A DNA stretch of 64,000 nucleotides. Source: an uncultured bacterium. Its GTDB lineage: Bacteria > Hydrothermota > UBA3073 > NMUJ01 > CBEVQO01. The stretch covers positions 96,001 through 160,000 of the forward strand of contig CBEVQO010000004.1 in the NCBI GenBank assembly GCA_965552055.1. Direction: 5' to 3'. The notes under the pieces were generated by a model, which saw only the letters and a program-made list of their open reading frames with translations, had not been told where the DNA came from and made no database searches. Both the position numbers and the translations under genes were made by a program. Each line of letters begins with the position of its first letter. Within the stretch, counting starts at the first letter, position 1. Of the stretch, positions 46,583 through 56,382 are shown one piece after another.

Positions 46583-47018
46583 TTTTAACTCCTTTTTTCT
46601 TATTGAAAAGTTTATCGAAAGTGTCAATTATGAATTTGGCAGATTTAAAACCTTCTTTTATTACATTAACACTTTTACCCCCTCTGTAATATCCAAGTAT
46701 ATGGAGAACTTCATAAGCTGTATTAAAATGTGCTTTTAATTTGCCGTTATGCGGTATTTTGTTGAGCCATTGCATATATTCTCTGTAATCCGCCGGTAAT
46801 TCCTCTGGCTTTTTCCCCTTTTTTAAGATGTATGCATCTATTGCGAGAAGGACTGCGAGATATCCGATGGCACATGCCTCTGATACCCTTTTGCTATCGG
46901 CATATCTTATACCATATTCAATTGGTGTCTCCTTTAAAATATCCTTTGCATTTTTGAAATATCTTTTTGCTTCTCTTATTGCTTCTTCAGGACTTTTAGG
47001 TCTTTCTCTTTTTTCCAT
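46545..47018 (-). CDS. DUF5618-like (HEPN/PaREP1-like) protein, array copy F (last)
   Basis: [13 protein letters not shown]...[16 protein letters not shown]...NTAYEVLHILGYYRG. Confidence 0.75.
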   Translation of the reverse strand: MEKRERPKSPEEAIREAKRYFKNAKDILKETPIEYGIRYADSKRVSEACAIGYLAVLLAIDAYILKKGKKPEELPADYREYMQWLNKIPHNGKLKAHFNTAYEVLHILGYYRGGKSVNVIKEGFKSAKFIIDTFDKLFNKKKGVKNGRKTANARNTN

Positions 47019-47451
47019 ATTCTTTCTCCTTTTCATTAAAAAGTTTGTCAAATGTGTCAATAATTATTTTTGCTGCTTTGAAACCTGCTTTTATGATATC
47101 GACACTCGTTCCTCCTCTATAATATCCCAGGATGTGTAAACTTTCATAAACCGTATTAAGATGTGCTTTTAATTTGCCGTTATGCGGGATTTTGTTGAGC
47201 CATTGCATATATTCTCTGTAATCCGCCGGTAATTCCTCTGGCTTTTTCCCCTTTTTTAAGATGTATGCATCTATTGCGAGAAGGACTGCGAGATATCCGA
47301 TGGCACATGCCTCTGATACCCTTTTGCTATCGGCATATCTTATACCATATTCAATTGGTGTCTCCTTTAAAATATCCTTTGCATTTTTGAAATATCTTTT
47401 TGCTTCTCTTATTGCTTCTTCAGGACTTTTAGGTCTTTCTCTTTTTTCCAT
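46996..47451 (-). CDS. DUF5618-like protein, array copy E
   Basis: Same family; variable part HLNTVYESLHILGYYRGGTSVDIIKAG. Confidence 0.75.
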   Translation of the reverse strand: MEKRERPKSPEEAIREAKRYFKNAKDILKETPIEYGIRYADSKRVSEACAIGYLAVLLAIDAYILKKGKKPEELPADYREYMQWLNKIPHNGKLKAHLNTVYESLHILGYYRGGTSVDIIKAGFKAAKIIIDTFDKLFNEKEKEYGKKRKT

Positions 47452-47884
47452 ATTCTTTCTCCTTTTCATTAAAAAGTTTGTCAAATGTATCAATAATTAT
47501 TTTTGCTGCTTTGAAACCTGATTTTATGATATCGACACTCGTTCCTCCTCTGTAATATCCCAGGATGTGTAAACTTTCATAAACCGTATTAAAATGTGCT
47601 TTTAATTTGCCGTTATGCGGTATTTTGTTGAGCCATTGCATATATTCTCTGTAATCCGCCGGTAATTCCTCTGGCTTTTTCCCCTTTTTTAAGATGTATG
47701 CATCTATTGCGAGAAGGACTGCGAGATATCCGATGGCACATGCCTCTGATACCCTTTTGCTATCGGCATATCTTATACCATATTCAATTGGTGTCTCCTT
47801 TAAAATATCCTTTGCATTTTTGAAATATCTTTTTGCTTCTCTTATTGCTTCTTCAGGACTTTTAGGTCTTTCTCTTTTTTCCAT
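47429..47884 (-). CDS. DUF5618-like protein, array copy D
   Basis: Same family; variable part HFNTVYESLHILGYYRGGTSVDIIKSG. Confidence 0.75.
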   Translation of the reverse strand: MEKRERPKSPEEAIREAKRYFKNAKDILKETPIEYGIRYADSKRVSEACAIGYLAVLLAIDAYILKKGKKPEELPADYREYMQWLNKIPHNGKLKAHFNTVYESLHILGYYRGGTSVDIIKSGFKAAKIIIDTFDKLFNEKEKEYGKKRKT

Positions 47885-48317
47885 ATTCTTTCTCCTTTTC
47901 ATTAAAAAGTTTGTCAAATGTATCAATAATTACCTTTACTGCTTTGAAGCCCCCTTTTATCATATCAACATTTGTCCCGCCTCTGTAATATCCGAGGATA
48001 TGCAGGTTCTCGTAAGCCGTGTTTAAGCACGCTTTTAGTTTGCCATTGTGCGGAATTTTACCAATTTCTTTCATGTATTCCGAAAATTTTGTTGGCAAAT
48101 CTCCTGTTTCTTTACCTTTTTTAAGCAGATAAGCATCTATTGCCAGAAGTGCTGCAAGATAACCGATAGCACAAGCTTCTGATACCTTTTTGCTGTCAAT
48201 ATATCTTTCGTATTCAACGGGTATTTCTTTTAAAATATTTTTGGCGTTTTTAAAGTATCTTTTGGCTTCAGAGATTGCTTCTTCAGGACTTTTGGGTCTT
48301 TCTCTTATTTTTTCCAC
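47862..48317 (-). CDS. DUF5618-like protein, array copy C (divergent N-terminal half)
   Basis: GTG start after AAGGAGG; divergent [48 protein letters not shown]. Confidence 0.75.
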   Translation of the reverse strand: MEKIRERPKSPEEAISEAKRYFKNAKNILKEIPVEYERYIDSKKVSEACAIGYLAALLAIDAYLLKKGKETGDLPTKFSEYMKEIGKIPHNGKLKACLNTAYENLHILGYYRGGTNVDMIKGGFKAVKVIIDTFDKLFNEKEKEYGKKRKT

Positions 48318-48753
48318 TGCTTGCCTCCTTTTTCTTATTGAAAAGTTTATCGAAGGTGTCAATTATGAATTTGGCAGATTTAAAACCTTCTTTTATCATC
48401 TGGACACCCCTTCCGCCTCTATAATATCCGAATACATGTAAATTTTCATAGGCTGTATTAAAATGTGCTTTTAATTTGCCGTTATGCGGTATTTTGTTGA
48501 GCCATTGCATATATTCTCTGTAATCCGCCGGTAATTCCTCTGGCTTTTTCCCCTTTTTTAAGATGTATGCATCTATTGCGAGAAGGACTGCGAGATATCC
48601 GATGGCACATGCCTCTGATACCCTTTTGCTATCGGCATATCTTATACCATATTCAATTGGTGTCTCCTTTAAAATATCCTTTGCATTTTTGAAATATCTT
48701 TTTGCTTCTCTTATTGCTTCTTCAGGACTTTTAGGTCTTTCTCTTTTTTCCAT
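48283..48753 (-). CDS. DUF5618-like protein, array copy B
   Basis: Same family; variable part [27 protein letters not shown]. Confidence 0.75.
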   Translation of the reverse strand: MEKRERPKSPEEAIREAKRYFKNAKDILKETPIEYGIRYADSKRVSEACAIGYLAVLLAIDAYILKKGKKPEELPADYREYMQWLNKIPHNGKLKAHFNTAYENLHVFGYYRGGRGVQMIKEGFKSAKFIIDTFDKLFNKKKEASSGKNKRKTQKS

Positions 48754-49183
48754 ATTCTTTCTCCTTTTCATTAAAAAGTTTGTCAAATGTATCAATAATT
48801 ACCTTTACTGCTTTGAAGCCCCCTTTTATCATATCAACATTTGTCCCGCCTCTGTAATATCCGAACACATGCAGGTTTTCATAAGCCGTATTAAAATAAG
48901 CCTTTAATTTGCCGTTATGCGGGATTTTGTTGAGCCATTGCATATATTCTCTGTAATCCGCCGGTAATTCCTCTGGCTTTTTCCCCTTTTTTAAGATGTA
49001 TGCATCTATTGCGAGAAGGACTGCGAGATATCCGATGGCACATGCCTCTGATACCCTTTTGCTATCGGCATATCTTATACCATATTCAATTGGTGTCTCC
49101 TTTAAAATATCTTTTGCATTTTTGAAATATCTTTTTGCTTCTCTTATTGCATCTTCAGGACTTTTGGGTCTTTCTCTTATCAT
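48731..49183 (-). CDS. DUF5618-like protein, array copy A (first)
   Basis: ATGA overlap with upstream gene; variable part [27 protein letters not shown]. Confidence 0.75.
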   Translation of the reverse strand: MIRERPKSPEDAIREAKRYFKNAKDILKETPIEYGIRYADSKRVSEACAIGYLAVLLAIDAYILKKGKKPEELPADYREYMQWLNKIPHNGKLKAYFNTAYENLHVFGYYRGGTNVDMIKGGFKAVKVIIDTFDKLFNEKEKEYGKKRKT

Positions 49184-49674
49184 CCCTGTTTATAACCTAT
49201 TTTTCTCAAAAATTCTTTTCGGCATTTTATGTCTTCTTCTTTTTCAAAGCCAAGAGGTGAGAATCCATCCACCACACCGAGCACACCTCTACCCTGTTCT
49301 GTTTCAGCGATTATCACTTCACATGGGTTTGCAGTGGCACAGAATATCCTGCATACCTCCTGCACATTCTTTATTCGGTTCAAAACATTAATCGGATAAG
49401 CATTTTTTAAAAATATGATAAATATGTGACCCGCCCCTATGTTCATTGCATTTTTCTTAGCAAGTTCAATCATCTCTTCATCGTTACCTGTGTATCTTAT
49501 GAGACGGGGACCGGATGACTCACAAAAAGCCAGACCAAACTTTATCCCGGGAAAAGAAGTTATAAGAGCTTCATAAAGGTCTTCCACTGTTTTTATGAAA
49601 TGAGACTGTCCCAAAATAAAATTCACTTCTTCGGGCTTTTCTATTTTTACTTTTAAAATTCTAACATCTGCCAT
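49180..49674 (-). CDS. Adenosine-specific kinase family protein (DUF355)
   Basis: [66 protein letters not shown] 49674. Confidence 0.88.
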   Translation of the reverse strand: MADVRILKVKIEKPEEVNFILGQSHFIKTVEDLYEALITSFPGIKFGLAFCESSGPRLIRYTGNDEEMIELAKKNAMNIGAGHIFIIFLKNAYPINVLNRIKNVQEVCRIFCATANPCEVIIAETEQGRGVLGVVDGFSPLGFEKEEDIKCRKEFLRKIGYKQG

Positions 49675-49679
49675 CAATA

Positions 49680-49757
49680 AATATAAGCAAAATCCGAAAT
49701 TGTCAATAGTAAATTTTTGCAATAAAATGATTGACAAAATGAAATATCGAATATAAT
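49680..49757. promoter_or_regulatory. Divergent promoter pair, both TTGACA-N15-TAnnnT and leaderless
   Basis: Minus: TTGACA 49706-49701, TATATT 49685-49680, ATG 49674; plus: TTGACA 49731-49736, TATAAT 49752-49757, ATG 49764. Confidence 0.7.
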
Positions 49758-49763
49758 AATAAA

Positions 49764-50471
49764 ATGAGATTATCAGTAAACATTGACCATATTGCTACCC
49801 TTAGAGAGGCGCGTAAAATACATTATCCTGACCCTGTTCATGCGGTCCATCTTATAGAAATAGCAGGAGCTCATGGTATTACCTGTCATTTAAGAATTGA
49901 TAGAAGACATATAAAGGAAAGGGATATCAAATTATTGAAGGAAATATCTTCTTTGCCATTAAATGTGGAGGTATCACTTACAGATGAGTTATTGCGCTTT
50001 TTATGTGATGTTCGTCCTGACTGGTGCTGTCTTGTTCCTGAGCGTCCAGAAGAAATAACAACAGAGGGTGGGCTCGATATTATAAAATTTTTCGAGGAAA
50101 CAAAGAGAGCGGTTGATATTTTAAAATCATCGGATATAAAAGTAACAATTTTCATTGAGCCAGATAAAAAGATTATTGAGAAAGCCAGATTAACGGGTGC
50201 AGATGCGGTTGAGATAAATACCGGTAAATATTCGGAAAGCAAAGGAGAAGCTGCTATTCGTGAATATAAGCGCATAAAGGAAGCAGCGAAGTTTGCAAAA
50301 GAAATGGGTTTCGAGGTGCACGGCGGTCATGGCTTGAATTATCAGAATGTGAAATTAATAGCACAAATATCCGAAATTGAAGAGCTGAGTATAGGGCATA
50401 GTATAATATCTCGCGCCGTATTCGTCGGACTTGAGCGTGCAGTAAGGGAAATGCTCTTGCTCATTTCATGA
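49764..50471 (+). CDS. pdxJ: Pyridoxine 5'-phosphate synthase
   Basis: [54 protein letters not shown]. Confidence 0.96.
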   Translation: MRLSVNIDHIATLREARKIHYPDPVHAVHLIEIAGAHGITCHLRIDRRHIKERDIKLLKEISSLPLNVEVSLTDELLRFLCDVRPDWCCLVPERPEEITTEGGLDIIKFFEETKRAVDILKSSDIKVTIFIEPDKKIIEKARLTGADAVEINTGKYSESKGEAAIREYKRIKEAAKFAKEMGFEVHGGHGLNYQNVKLIAQISEIEELSIGHSIISRAVFVGLERAVREMLLLIS

Positions 50472-52030
50472 AGAAATTAATTCCCCTTTTAATAATATCT
50501 TTAATTTTAGGATGTAAAAAGAAAGGAAAATTTCAGGAAATAACCGAAGATTTATCCGGCTTTAAAGTGTTTGTTCTCGGTGAAGACTTCCTTCATGTTT
50601 ATAACATTAATGACTTTAATGATGTTGTTACTTATAAACTTAACAGAAAATATGCGGGACTATATAAGGATGACAGTATTTATCTTTACGGTGAGGATTT
50701 AAGAATAATTCGTCCTTCTGGAATAAAACGCTTTACCAGGTTGAAAACAGGGTATAAGGGATTACTCTTCATAAAGAGAAAACCCATTTTACTTTTTGAT
50801 AACTATTTGTTAAATGAGGTGCTTGATGCTTTTATTCCTTTGCGTTATGGTGAAAAAGTAATACCTGACCCTTCTGAAGATTATTTATATGTTCTTGATA
50901 CAGCCTGTGTAAGGAAAATCGAGGTTGATTCCTTTAAAGTGATGGGTGAGATAAGGCATAAGAATTTAGCAGATATTGCTCTATCTCCTTTTGGTCTTCG
51001 TCTATATTGTGCGCATCTTGATACATTTCTGGTTTATGATGCAAGGAGTTTAAGATTTTTATATTCCATCGTATTGGACGATAACATCAATAAAATAGAA
51101 TTAACAGGTGCAGGGAATAAGATATATTGTGTGTGTGGTAAAAAGATTTTTGTAATAGATAGAATAATGAAAAGGATAAAGCGGGTTTTGAAATTTTCGC
51201 AAAAAGTTATTGATTTTAGATTATCGGATGAAGGAATAATAGGAATAGCTTTAACTCCATCCTATGTTTATTTCATTGATGCTGGGTTTGATAAAATTAT
51301 TAAAAAGTTAAATTTAAGTGAGATTTTATCTTTTGATATGTCTCCAAAGGGCACAAGATGCTATTTTGTTCGTCCTGATACTCTGGTTGAGATTCGTCTT
51401 CCTGATTTTAAGATTTCTAAGAAATTGTATTTACCTGGGGTTAAAGGAGTTTGTGTTAAGAAATATGAGTCGGTTTCGAGTCAAATTGAAGTTGCGAAGG
51501 AAGCAGGAGAAAAGTTTTATGTTTTGCAGGTTGTTTCTACGCATAGTTTATCTCGTGCAAGGGAATTGAAGAATTTACTGCTGAAAGCAGGCTATCCTGC
51601 GTTTATAAGCCAAAGTGAAGGCTGGTATAGAGTAAGGATAGGTCTTTTTACGACAAAGGAAGATGCAGAGGCTCTGTGTAACGGTGTGGAGATGCTTACA
51701 GGTGAGCGCCCATGGGTTGCACTCGCAGAAGTACCGCGAGATATAGTTCCAGATGTGAATACACCTGATATTACTGGTGATGGTGCACCTGAATTTTGTG
51801 TGCGTGCAAATAATACCGAAATTATAATTTTCACTATAAGAGATAAAGTTTTCGTAAGAGTTCATACTATAAAGAAATTTGAACCGACATATATAGGTGA
51901 GCCCACATTTGAGGATATAAATAATGATGGAAGATACGAAATTGTAATCCCTATGGTTGAAGAGGGAATGTATTCTGTTATTTTCTACAGGGAAGGTGAA
52001 TTTGAGGAAGAGATAAGAGTCAGGGAATGA
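50468..52030 (+). CDS. Lipoprotein with beta-propeller and SPOR domain
   Basis: Lipobox LILGC; YVLQVVS....A..L...GYPAFI..GWYRVRIGLF..KEDAE SPOR motif. Confidence 0.75.
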   Translation: MKKLIPLLIISLILGCKKKGKFQEITEDLSGFKVFVLGEDFLHVYNINDFNDVVTYKLNRKYAGLYKDDSIYLYGEDLRIIRPSGIKRFTRLKTGYKGLLFIKRKPILLFDNYLLNEVLDAFIPLRYGEKVIPDPSEDYLYVLDTACVRKIEVDSFKVMGEIRHKNLADIALSPFGLRLYCAHLDTFLVYDARSLRFLYSIVLDDNINKIELTGAGNKIYCVCGKKIFVIDRIMKRIKRVLKFSQKVIDFRLSDEGIIGIALTPSYVYFIDAGFDKIIKKLNLSEILSFDMSPKGTRCYFVRPDTLVEIRLPDFKISKKLYLPGVKGVCVKKYESVSSQIEVAKEAGEKFYVLQVVSTHSLSRARELKNLLLKAGYPAFISQSEGWYRVRIGLFTTKEDAEALCNGVEMLTGERPWVALAEVPRDIVPDVNTPDITGDGAPEFCVRANNTEIIIFTIRDKVFVRVHTIKKFEPTYIGEPTFEDINNDGRYEIVIPMVEEGMYSVIFYREGEFEEEIRVRE

Positions 52031-53286
52031 ATTTCAAAGAGGCTGTAGATTTTCTTTATTCTTTGATAAATTATGAAAGAACGGGTAAAAAAACAGAATG
52101 GAATCTCGAAGATTTTCGTGCATTCCTTGAGAAAATAGGTTCTCCACATGAGAAAGTAAAAAATCCGATTCTTGTTGCAGGTACAAAAGGAAAAGGTTCC
52201 GTTGTTGCTTTTTTATCTTCGATTTTATCTCAGAAGTATAAAGTGGGTTCCTATTATTCTCCGCATCTTGTTTCTATCCGCGAGAGGATAAAATATCAGG
52301 GTGTGGATATTTCGGAAAAAGATTTTTGTAAGTTAGTGGATAAAATAAAACCTTATGTTACCGAAAAAAGGACATTTTTTGAAGCTTTAACAGCTATTGC
52401 ATTTCTATATTTTGTTGATAAAAAAACGGATTACAATGTTATCGAAGTGGGACTCGGAGGTCGTCTTGATGCCACAAATGTTGTAAACAATAAATATTCT
52501 ATATTGACGAGAATAGGTTTTGACCATACAAGGACACTTGGAACAAATCTGGTCTCTATTGCGAAAGAGAAAGTAGCGATTCTAAAGCCCAATGGCATTT
52601 TAATATGTGAGCCACAGGCCGGTATCGTCAAAGGAGTTATTAGAAGTGCCTGTACAAAGTTAAATTGTGAGGCAATTTTTGTATCAAAAACAGAAGCTGG
52701 CATTCTCGATTTGAATGAAAAAGGGGCGAAATTTAGATACAGGGGATATGAGTTTGAAATTAAGATGACCGGGCTTCATCAAATTGTAAATGCACTCACT
52801 GCGATAAAATGTGCAGAGGCGATAGGCATTTCTTATCAGGATATACAAAAGGGTTTAAAGGAAGCTTTTATTCCGGGCAGATTTCAGGTTTTGAAAGTAA
52901 GGAAGAAGAAAGTGATTCTCGATGGTGCTCATAACGAAGATAGTTTTAAAGCACTTACTCAAACCTTGCAGGAGCTTTATGGCAGTAAGCCGAAAATTTA
53001 TTGTGTATTTGCGATAATGAAGGACAAAGATTTACACAGAATTTTGCGTCTCTATGGTAAAACTTTTTATAAAGTTTATGCTACAGAATTGGATTGTCCG
53101 CGTGCACGCAAATCATCCGAAATATGTGAAGAATTCCAGCAAATAAATGTAGAATGCGAGGCTATAGATAATCCAATAGAGGCTTTTGAAAGAGCACTTA
53201 AAGAAGCAAGCAGGGAAGATATCGTGCTTGTAACGGGTTCTTTTTATCTCATTGGCGAGGTCTTAAAATACATTCAAAATGTATGA
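52027..53286 (+). CDS. folC: Folylpolyglutamate synthase/dihydrofolate synthase
   Basis: VAGTKGKGS, SPHL..RERI, EVGLGGRLDATNV, LDGAHN, VTGSFYL. Confidence 0.95.
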   Translation: MNFKEAVDFLYSLINYERTGKKTEWNLEDFRAFLEKIGSPHEKVKNPILVAGTKGKGSVVAFLSSILSQKYKVGSYYSPHLVSIRERIKYQGVDISEKDFCKLVDKIKPYVTEKRTFFEALTAIAFLYFVDKKTDYNVIEVGLGGRLDATNVVNNKYSILTRIGFDHTRTLGTNLVSIAKEKVAILKPNGILICEPQAGIVKGVIRSACTKLNCEAIFVSKTEAGILDLNEKGAKFRYRGYEFEIKMTGLHQIVNALTAIKCAEAIGISYQDIQKGLKEAFIPGRFQVLKVRKKKVILDGAHNEDSFKALTQTLQELYGSKPKIYCVFAIMKDKDLHRILRLYGKTFYKVYATELDCPRARKSSEICEEFQQINVECEAIDNPIEAFERALKEASREDIVLVTGSFYLIGEVLKYIQNV

Positions 53287-54445
53287 TATCGTAATAAAAG
53301 GTGGAAATATTTTAACTCCTTTTGAATTTATAAAAAATGGTGTAATTGCAATTGAAGATGGAAGAATTTCTTATGTTGGTGAAGAAGATAAACCTGCTCG
53401 TAAAGTCCTTTTAGCCAGAAATAAAGTGGTGATACCTGCTTTTTGCGACCCTCATACGCATCTTGTCTTTGCAGGCGATAGAGCTGATGAATTCGAAATG
53501 AGGTTGAAAGGTGTTCCTTATATGGAAATAGCAAAAAGAGGCGGTGGTATTATGTCAACCGTCAGAAAAGTAAGAGAGACTTCAGAAGAAGATTTGTTCT
53601 TAATGGCTTTAAAAAGATTGGATTATGCTCTTTACCATGGTACAGCGACTATTGAAATTAAATCAGGATATGGGTTAAATCTCGAAGAAGAATTGAAAAT
53701 TTTAAGAGTTATAAAGAGGTTAAAAGATAATCATAGAATAAGGATTGTTTCGACTTTCCTTGGTGCTCATTTTGTGCCTCCGGAATTCGAATATTCAGAA
53801 TATGTTGACTATGTAATAGATATGATACCAAAAGTCAAAGATTTATGTGACTTTTGTGATGTTTTTTGTGAGGAAGGAGCTTTTACACCTTCTGATTCTG
53901 AGCGCATTTTAGAGGCAGGAAAAAAATATGGTTTAATGCCGAAAATACACGCTGATGAGATAAAATCTTCTGGAGGAAGTGAAGTGGCAGGTAAAGTTGG
54001 TGCCGTTTCTGCTGACCATCTTGTTTATCCCTCTGATAATGGCTTGAAACTTATGGCGCAGGCAGGAACTGTGGCTGTGTTACTTCCGGGTACTTCTCTA
54101 TTCCTTATGGAAAAAGAAACACCACCCGTTGAAAAAATGAGGTCTTTAAAAATACCCGTGGCAATAGGCACAGATTTTAATCCAGGTAGTTCACCTATTT
54201 TAAATATGCAACTAATAGTATCACTGGCATGCCTGAAATACAAATTAACACCGCAAGAAGCAATAATAAGCGCAACTTATAACGCTGCAAAAGCTTTGAA
54301 TCTCGAAAATGAAACTGGCAGTATTGAGGAAGGAAAATCTGCAGACATTTTAATAATGAAAGTAGAAAATTACAAAGAAATTCCTTACTGGATTGGCTTT
54401 GATTTAATCGAAAAGGTAATAGTGAAAGGCGAAATATGTAGATGA
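53279..54445 (+). CDS. hutI: Imidazolonepropionase
   Basis: DPHTHLVFAGDRADEF, EIKSGYGL, TFLGAH, DVFCEEGAF, KIHADE, GTDFNPG. Confidence 0.95.
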   Translation: MYDIVIKGGNILTPFEFIKNGVIAIEDGRISYVGEEDKPARKVLLARNKVVIPAFCDPHTHLVFAGDRADEFEMRLKGVPYMEIAKRGGGIMSTVRKVRETSEEDLFLMALKRLDYALYHGTATIEIKSGYGLNLEEELKILRVIKRLKDNHRIRIVSTFLGAHFVPPEFEYSEYVDYVIDMIPKVKDLCDFCDVFCEEGAFTPSDSERILEAGKKYGLMPKIHADEIKSSGGSEVAGKVGAVSADHLVYPSDNGLKLMAQAGTVAVLLPGTSLFLMEKETPPVEKMRSLKIPVAIGTDFNPGSSPILNMQLIVSLACLKYKLTPQEAIISATYNAAKALNLENETGSIEEGKSADILIMKVENYKEIPYWIGFDLIEKVIVKGEICR

Positions 54446-56382
54446 TTTTACTTATTCTTTCTATTTCTTTTAAGACTTTTTTGTGTTCTAACTATATGTA
54501 TCATGCTATAAGGTCGGGAGACTCTGTTTTTATAGGCACAACAGGTGGTTTACTTATTTTTTATCCACATGAAAATTCGTTTAAAAAAATAACAATAGAT
54601 GATGGTATACTCGGTAATGATATTGTTTCGCTTGACACAGGTTGTGGTGTATGGCTTTGTTGTAAAGGTAGAGGTGTTTCATGGGTTTCTTCACAAATTA
54701 AAAATTTTACTTCGTTTCATGGTCTGATAAGTACAAATGTTACATCGATAAAATATCTGGGTGACAGTGTTTTATGTGGAACAGATATTGGCTTATGGGT
54801 GTGGTATTTAAATCGCAATGATTTTAACTGGTATAGCGATGTAAAGCCATCTTCAAATATTACCTGTCTTGCTGTTCATAAAGATAGATTATATTGTGGA
54901 ACAAAAGCGGGTCTTGGCATAAAAATAGGAGATAGATGGAAAACTTTTGAAATAGGTGAAATAAACTGCATTTATGTTCATCAAGATACTATTTATGTTG
55001 GCACCGATAAAAATCTTTATATTTTTTATGATACTACCCTTGTCTCCCAATGTGTGATAAATGTGAATAGCGATTTTAAAATAAACAATCTGTATTATGA
55101 TACCGTGCTTTATATTTGCGGTTCTACAGGTTTATATTTTTATCCTTCATTTGAAAGTGAAAGCTTATATGAGGGGTATAATATTACAGGGGTTTTTCCT
55201 TTCTCGGATACTCTTTATTTTATCACCTGGGGTAGCGGTATTTTAAAAGGAGAGAAAAAAATTTTGCCTTCAGGTTTGCCTTCGAATTTTTCGAAGTATC
55301 CCCGTGTTGATAAAAAAGGCAACTGCTGGATTGTGCATGCTGGAGGAGCAAAAGGTAAGATTACCAGAATAACTCCCGATGGTAAAGTAACTGTTTTTGA
55401 TTTCTCTTCCTATGCAAGCGGTGGAGGCTTCAATTCAATCTTCATCGATGCTCATAACAATTTGTGGGTGGGAAATTTTGATTGGGACCAAAACATAGGA
55501 CTGATAAAAATAGATACATCCTTTAATGTTACTGTGATAGAACATGGAGGAAGCAAAATAGTAAGCGATATATCTGGCAAAAATGATACTATTTATTTTA
55601 CAACATGGGAAACAGGAATTTATAAATTACTTCCTTCCGGAGAGACACAACTTCTTAACAATACGATTGCAAAACCTGTGGAAATAAGGGTTGATAAAAA
55701 TAACAGGATTTATGTAATCACTTATAGTGAAGGACTGTGGCGTATAAATCAGACAGGTGAAGTTTATCAGATACCTTTGGGTTCTTTTGTGATGACAGGC
55801 TTACTGGTAGATTCAAAAAATAGATTATGGGTGGGTACGGATAGAGGTATTTATGTTCTTGTGGATGAGATTGTTTGTGACTCATTTCCTTCTGTTGTTG
55901 GTTATGCTTTTTGTGAAGATGCTTTTGGAAATATCTGGTGTGAAGTACCAGAGAAAGGTCTATGTCAAATCGCGCCTTCGGGTGAAGTTTTTTATTATGG
56001 GCTTGACGATGGCTTTTGCAGTGTTGATATCAGTATAGAAGCAAGAGGTTTAGATTATGATCCTTATCATGGATATCTGTGGGCATGCACCCGTGATGGC
56101 GTTAGTCGAGTGGATATAGGCAAACCTTTATCTGAGATAAAAAATAAAGTCCTCGTTTTTCCAAACCCTGCAATTTCTCAAAAGGATAGAAGCGTAAATT
56201 TTCTTCATAAAAGTTTAAAAGGCGTAAAAATATTTACATTAAGCGGCAGAAAAGTATGTGAAATAAAAGCAGAAGATTCGAGAGCCGTTTGGGATATTAC
56301 AAAGGTTTCTTCGGGTGTTTATATTTACATCGCTTACACGGAAGACGGAGTATTTAAAGGTAAAATTTTTGTTGTTCGATAA
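54442..56382 (+). CDS. PorZ-like two-component-regulator beta-propeller protein with C-terminal Ig/CTD
   Basis: GTTGGL, DSKNRLWVGTDRG-type blades; VFPNP...IFTLSGRKV...WD...SSGVYIY..GKIFVVR. Confidence 0.7.
   Translation: MILLILSISFKTFLCSNYMYHAIRSGDSVFIGTTGGLLIFYPHENSFKKITIDDGILGNDIVSLDTGCGVWLCCKGRGVSWVSSQIKNFTSFHGLISTNVTSIKYLGDSVLCGTDIGLWVWYLNRNDFNWYSDVKPSSNITCLAVHKDRLYCGTKAGLGIKIGDRWKTFEIGEINCIYVHQDTIYVGTDKNLYIFYDTTLVSQCVINVNSDFKINNLYYDTVLYICGSTGLYFYPSFESESLYEGYNITGVFPFSDTLYFITWGSGILKGEKKILPSGLPSNFSKYPRVDKKGNCWIVHAGGAKGKITRITPDGKVTVFDFSSYASGGGFNSIFIDAHNNLWVGNFDWDQNIGLIKIDTSFNVTVIEHGGSKIVSDISGKNDTIYFTTWETGIYKLLPSGETQLLNNTIAKPVEIRVDKNNRIYVITYSEGLWRINQTGEVYQIPLGSFVMTGLLVDSKNRLWVGTDRGIYVLVDEIVCDSFPSVVGYAFCEDAFGNIWCEVPEKGLCQIAPSGEVFYYGLDDGFCSVDISIEARGLDYDPYHGYLWACTRDGVSRVDIGKPLSEIKNKVLVFPNPAISQKDRSVNFLHKSLKGVKIFTLSGRKVCEIKAEDSRAVWDITKVSSGVYIYIAYTEDGVFKGKIFVVR

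Larger units (their letters stand above)
46545..49183 (-). repeat. Tandem array of six paralogous genes, unit length 430-436 bp
   Basis: Start codons at 49183, 48753, 48317, 47884, 47451, 47018; long near-identical nucleotide blocks. Confidence 0.95.

Noticed and set aside
46545..49183. Diversity-generating retroelement TR/VR
   Set aside because: Differences between copies are not adenine-specific, include many synonymous changes, and no reverse transcriptase is in the window
46545..49183. Integron cassette array
   Set aside because: Genes overlap with no intergenic space for attC sites and no integrase is present
46828..49391. Repeated plus-strand ORFs ([13 protein letters not shown]...)
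   Set aside because: Antisense shadows of the repeated minus-strand genes; no independent signals
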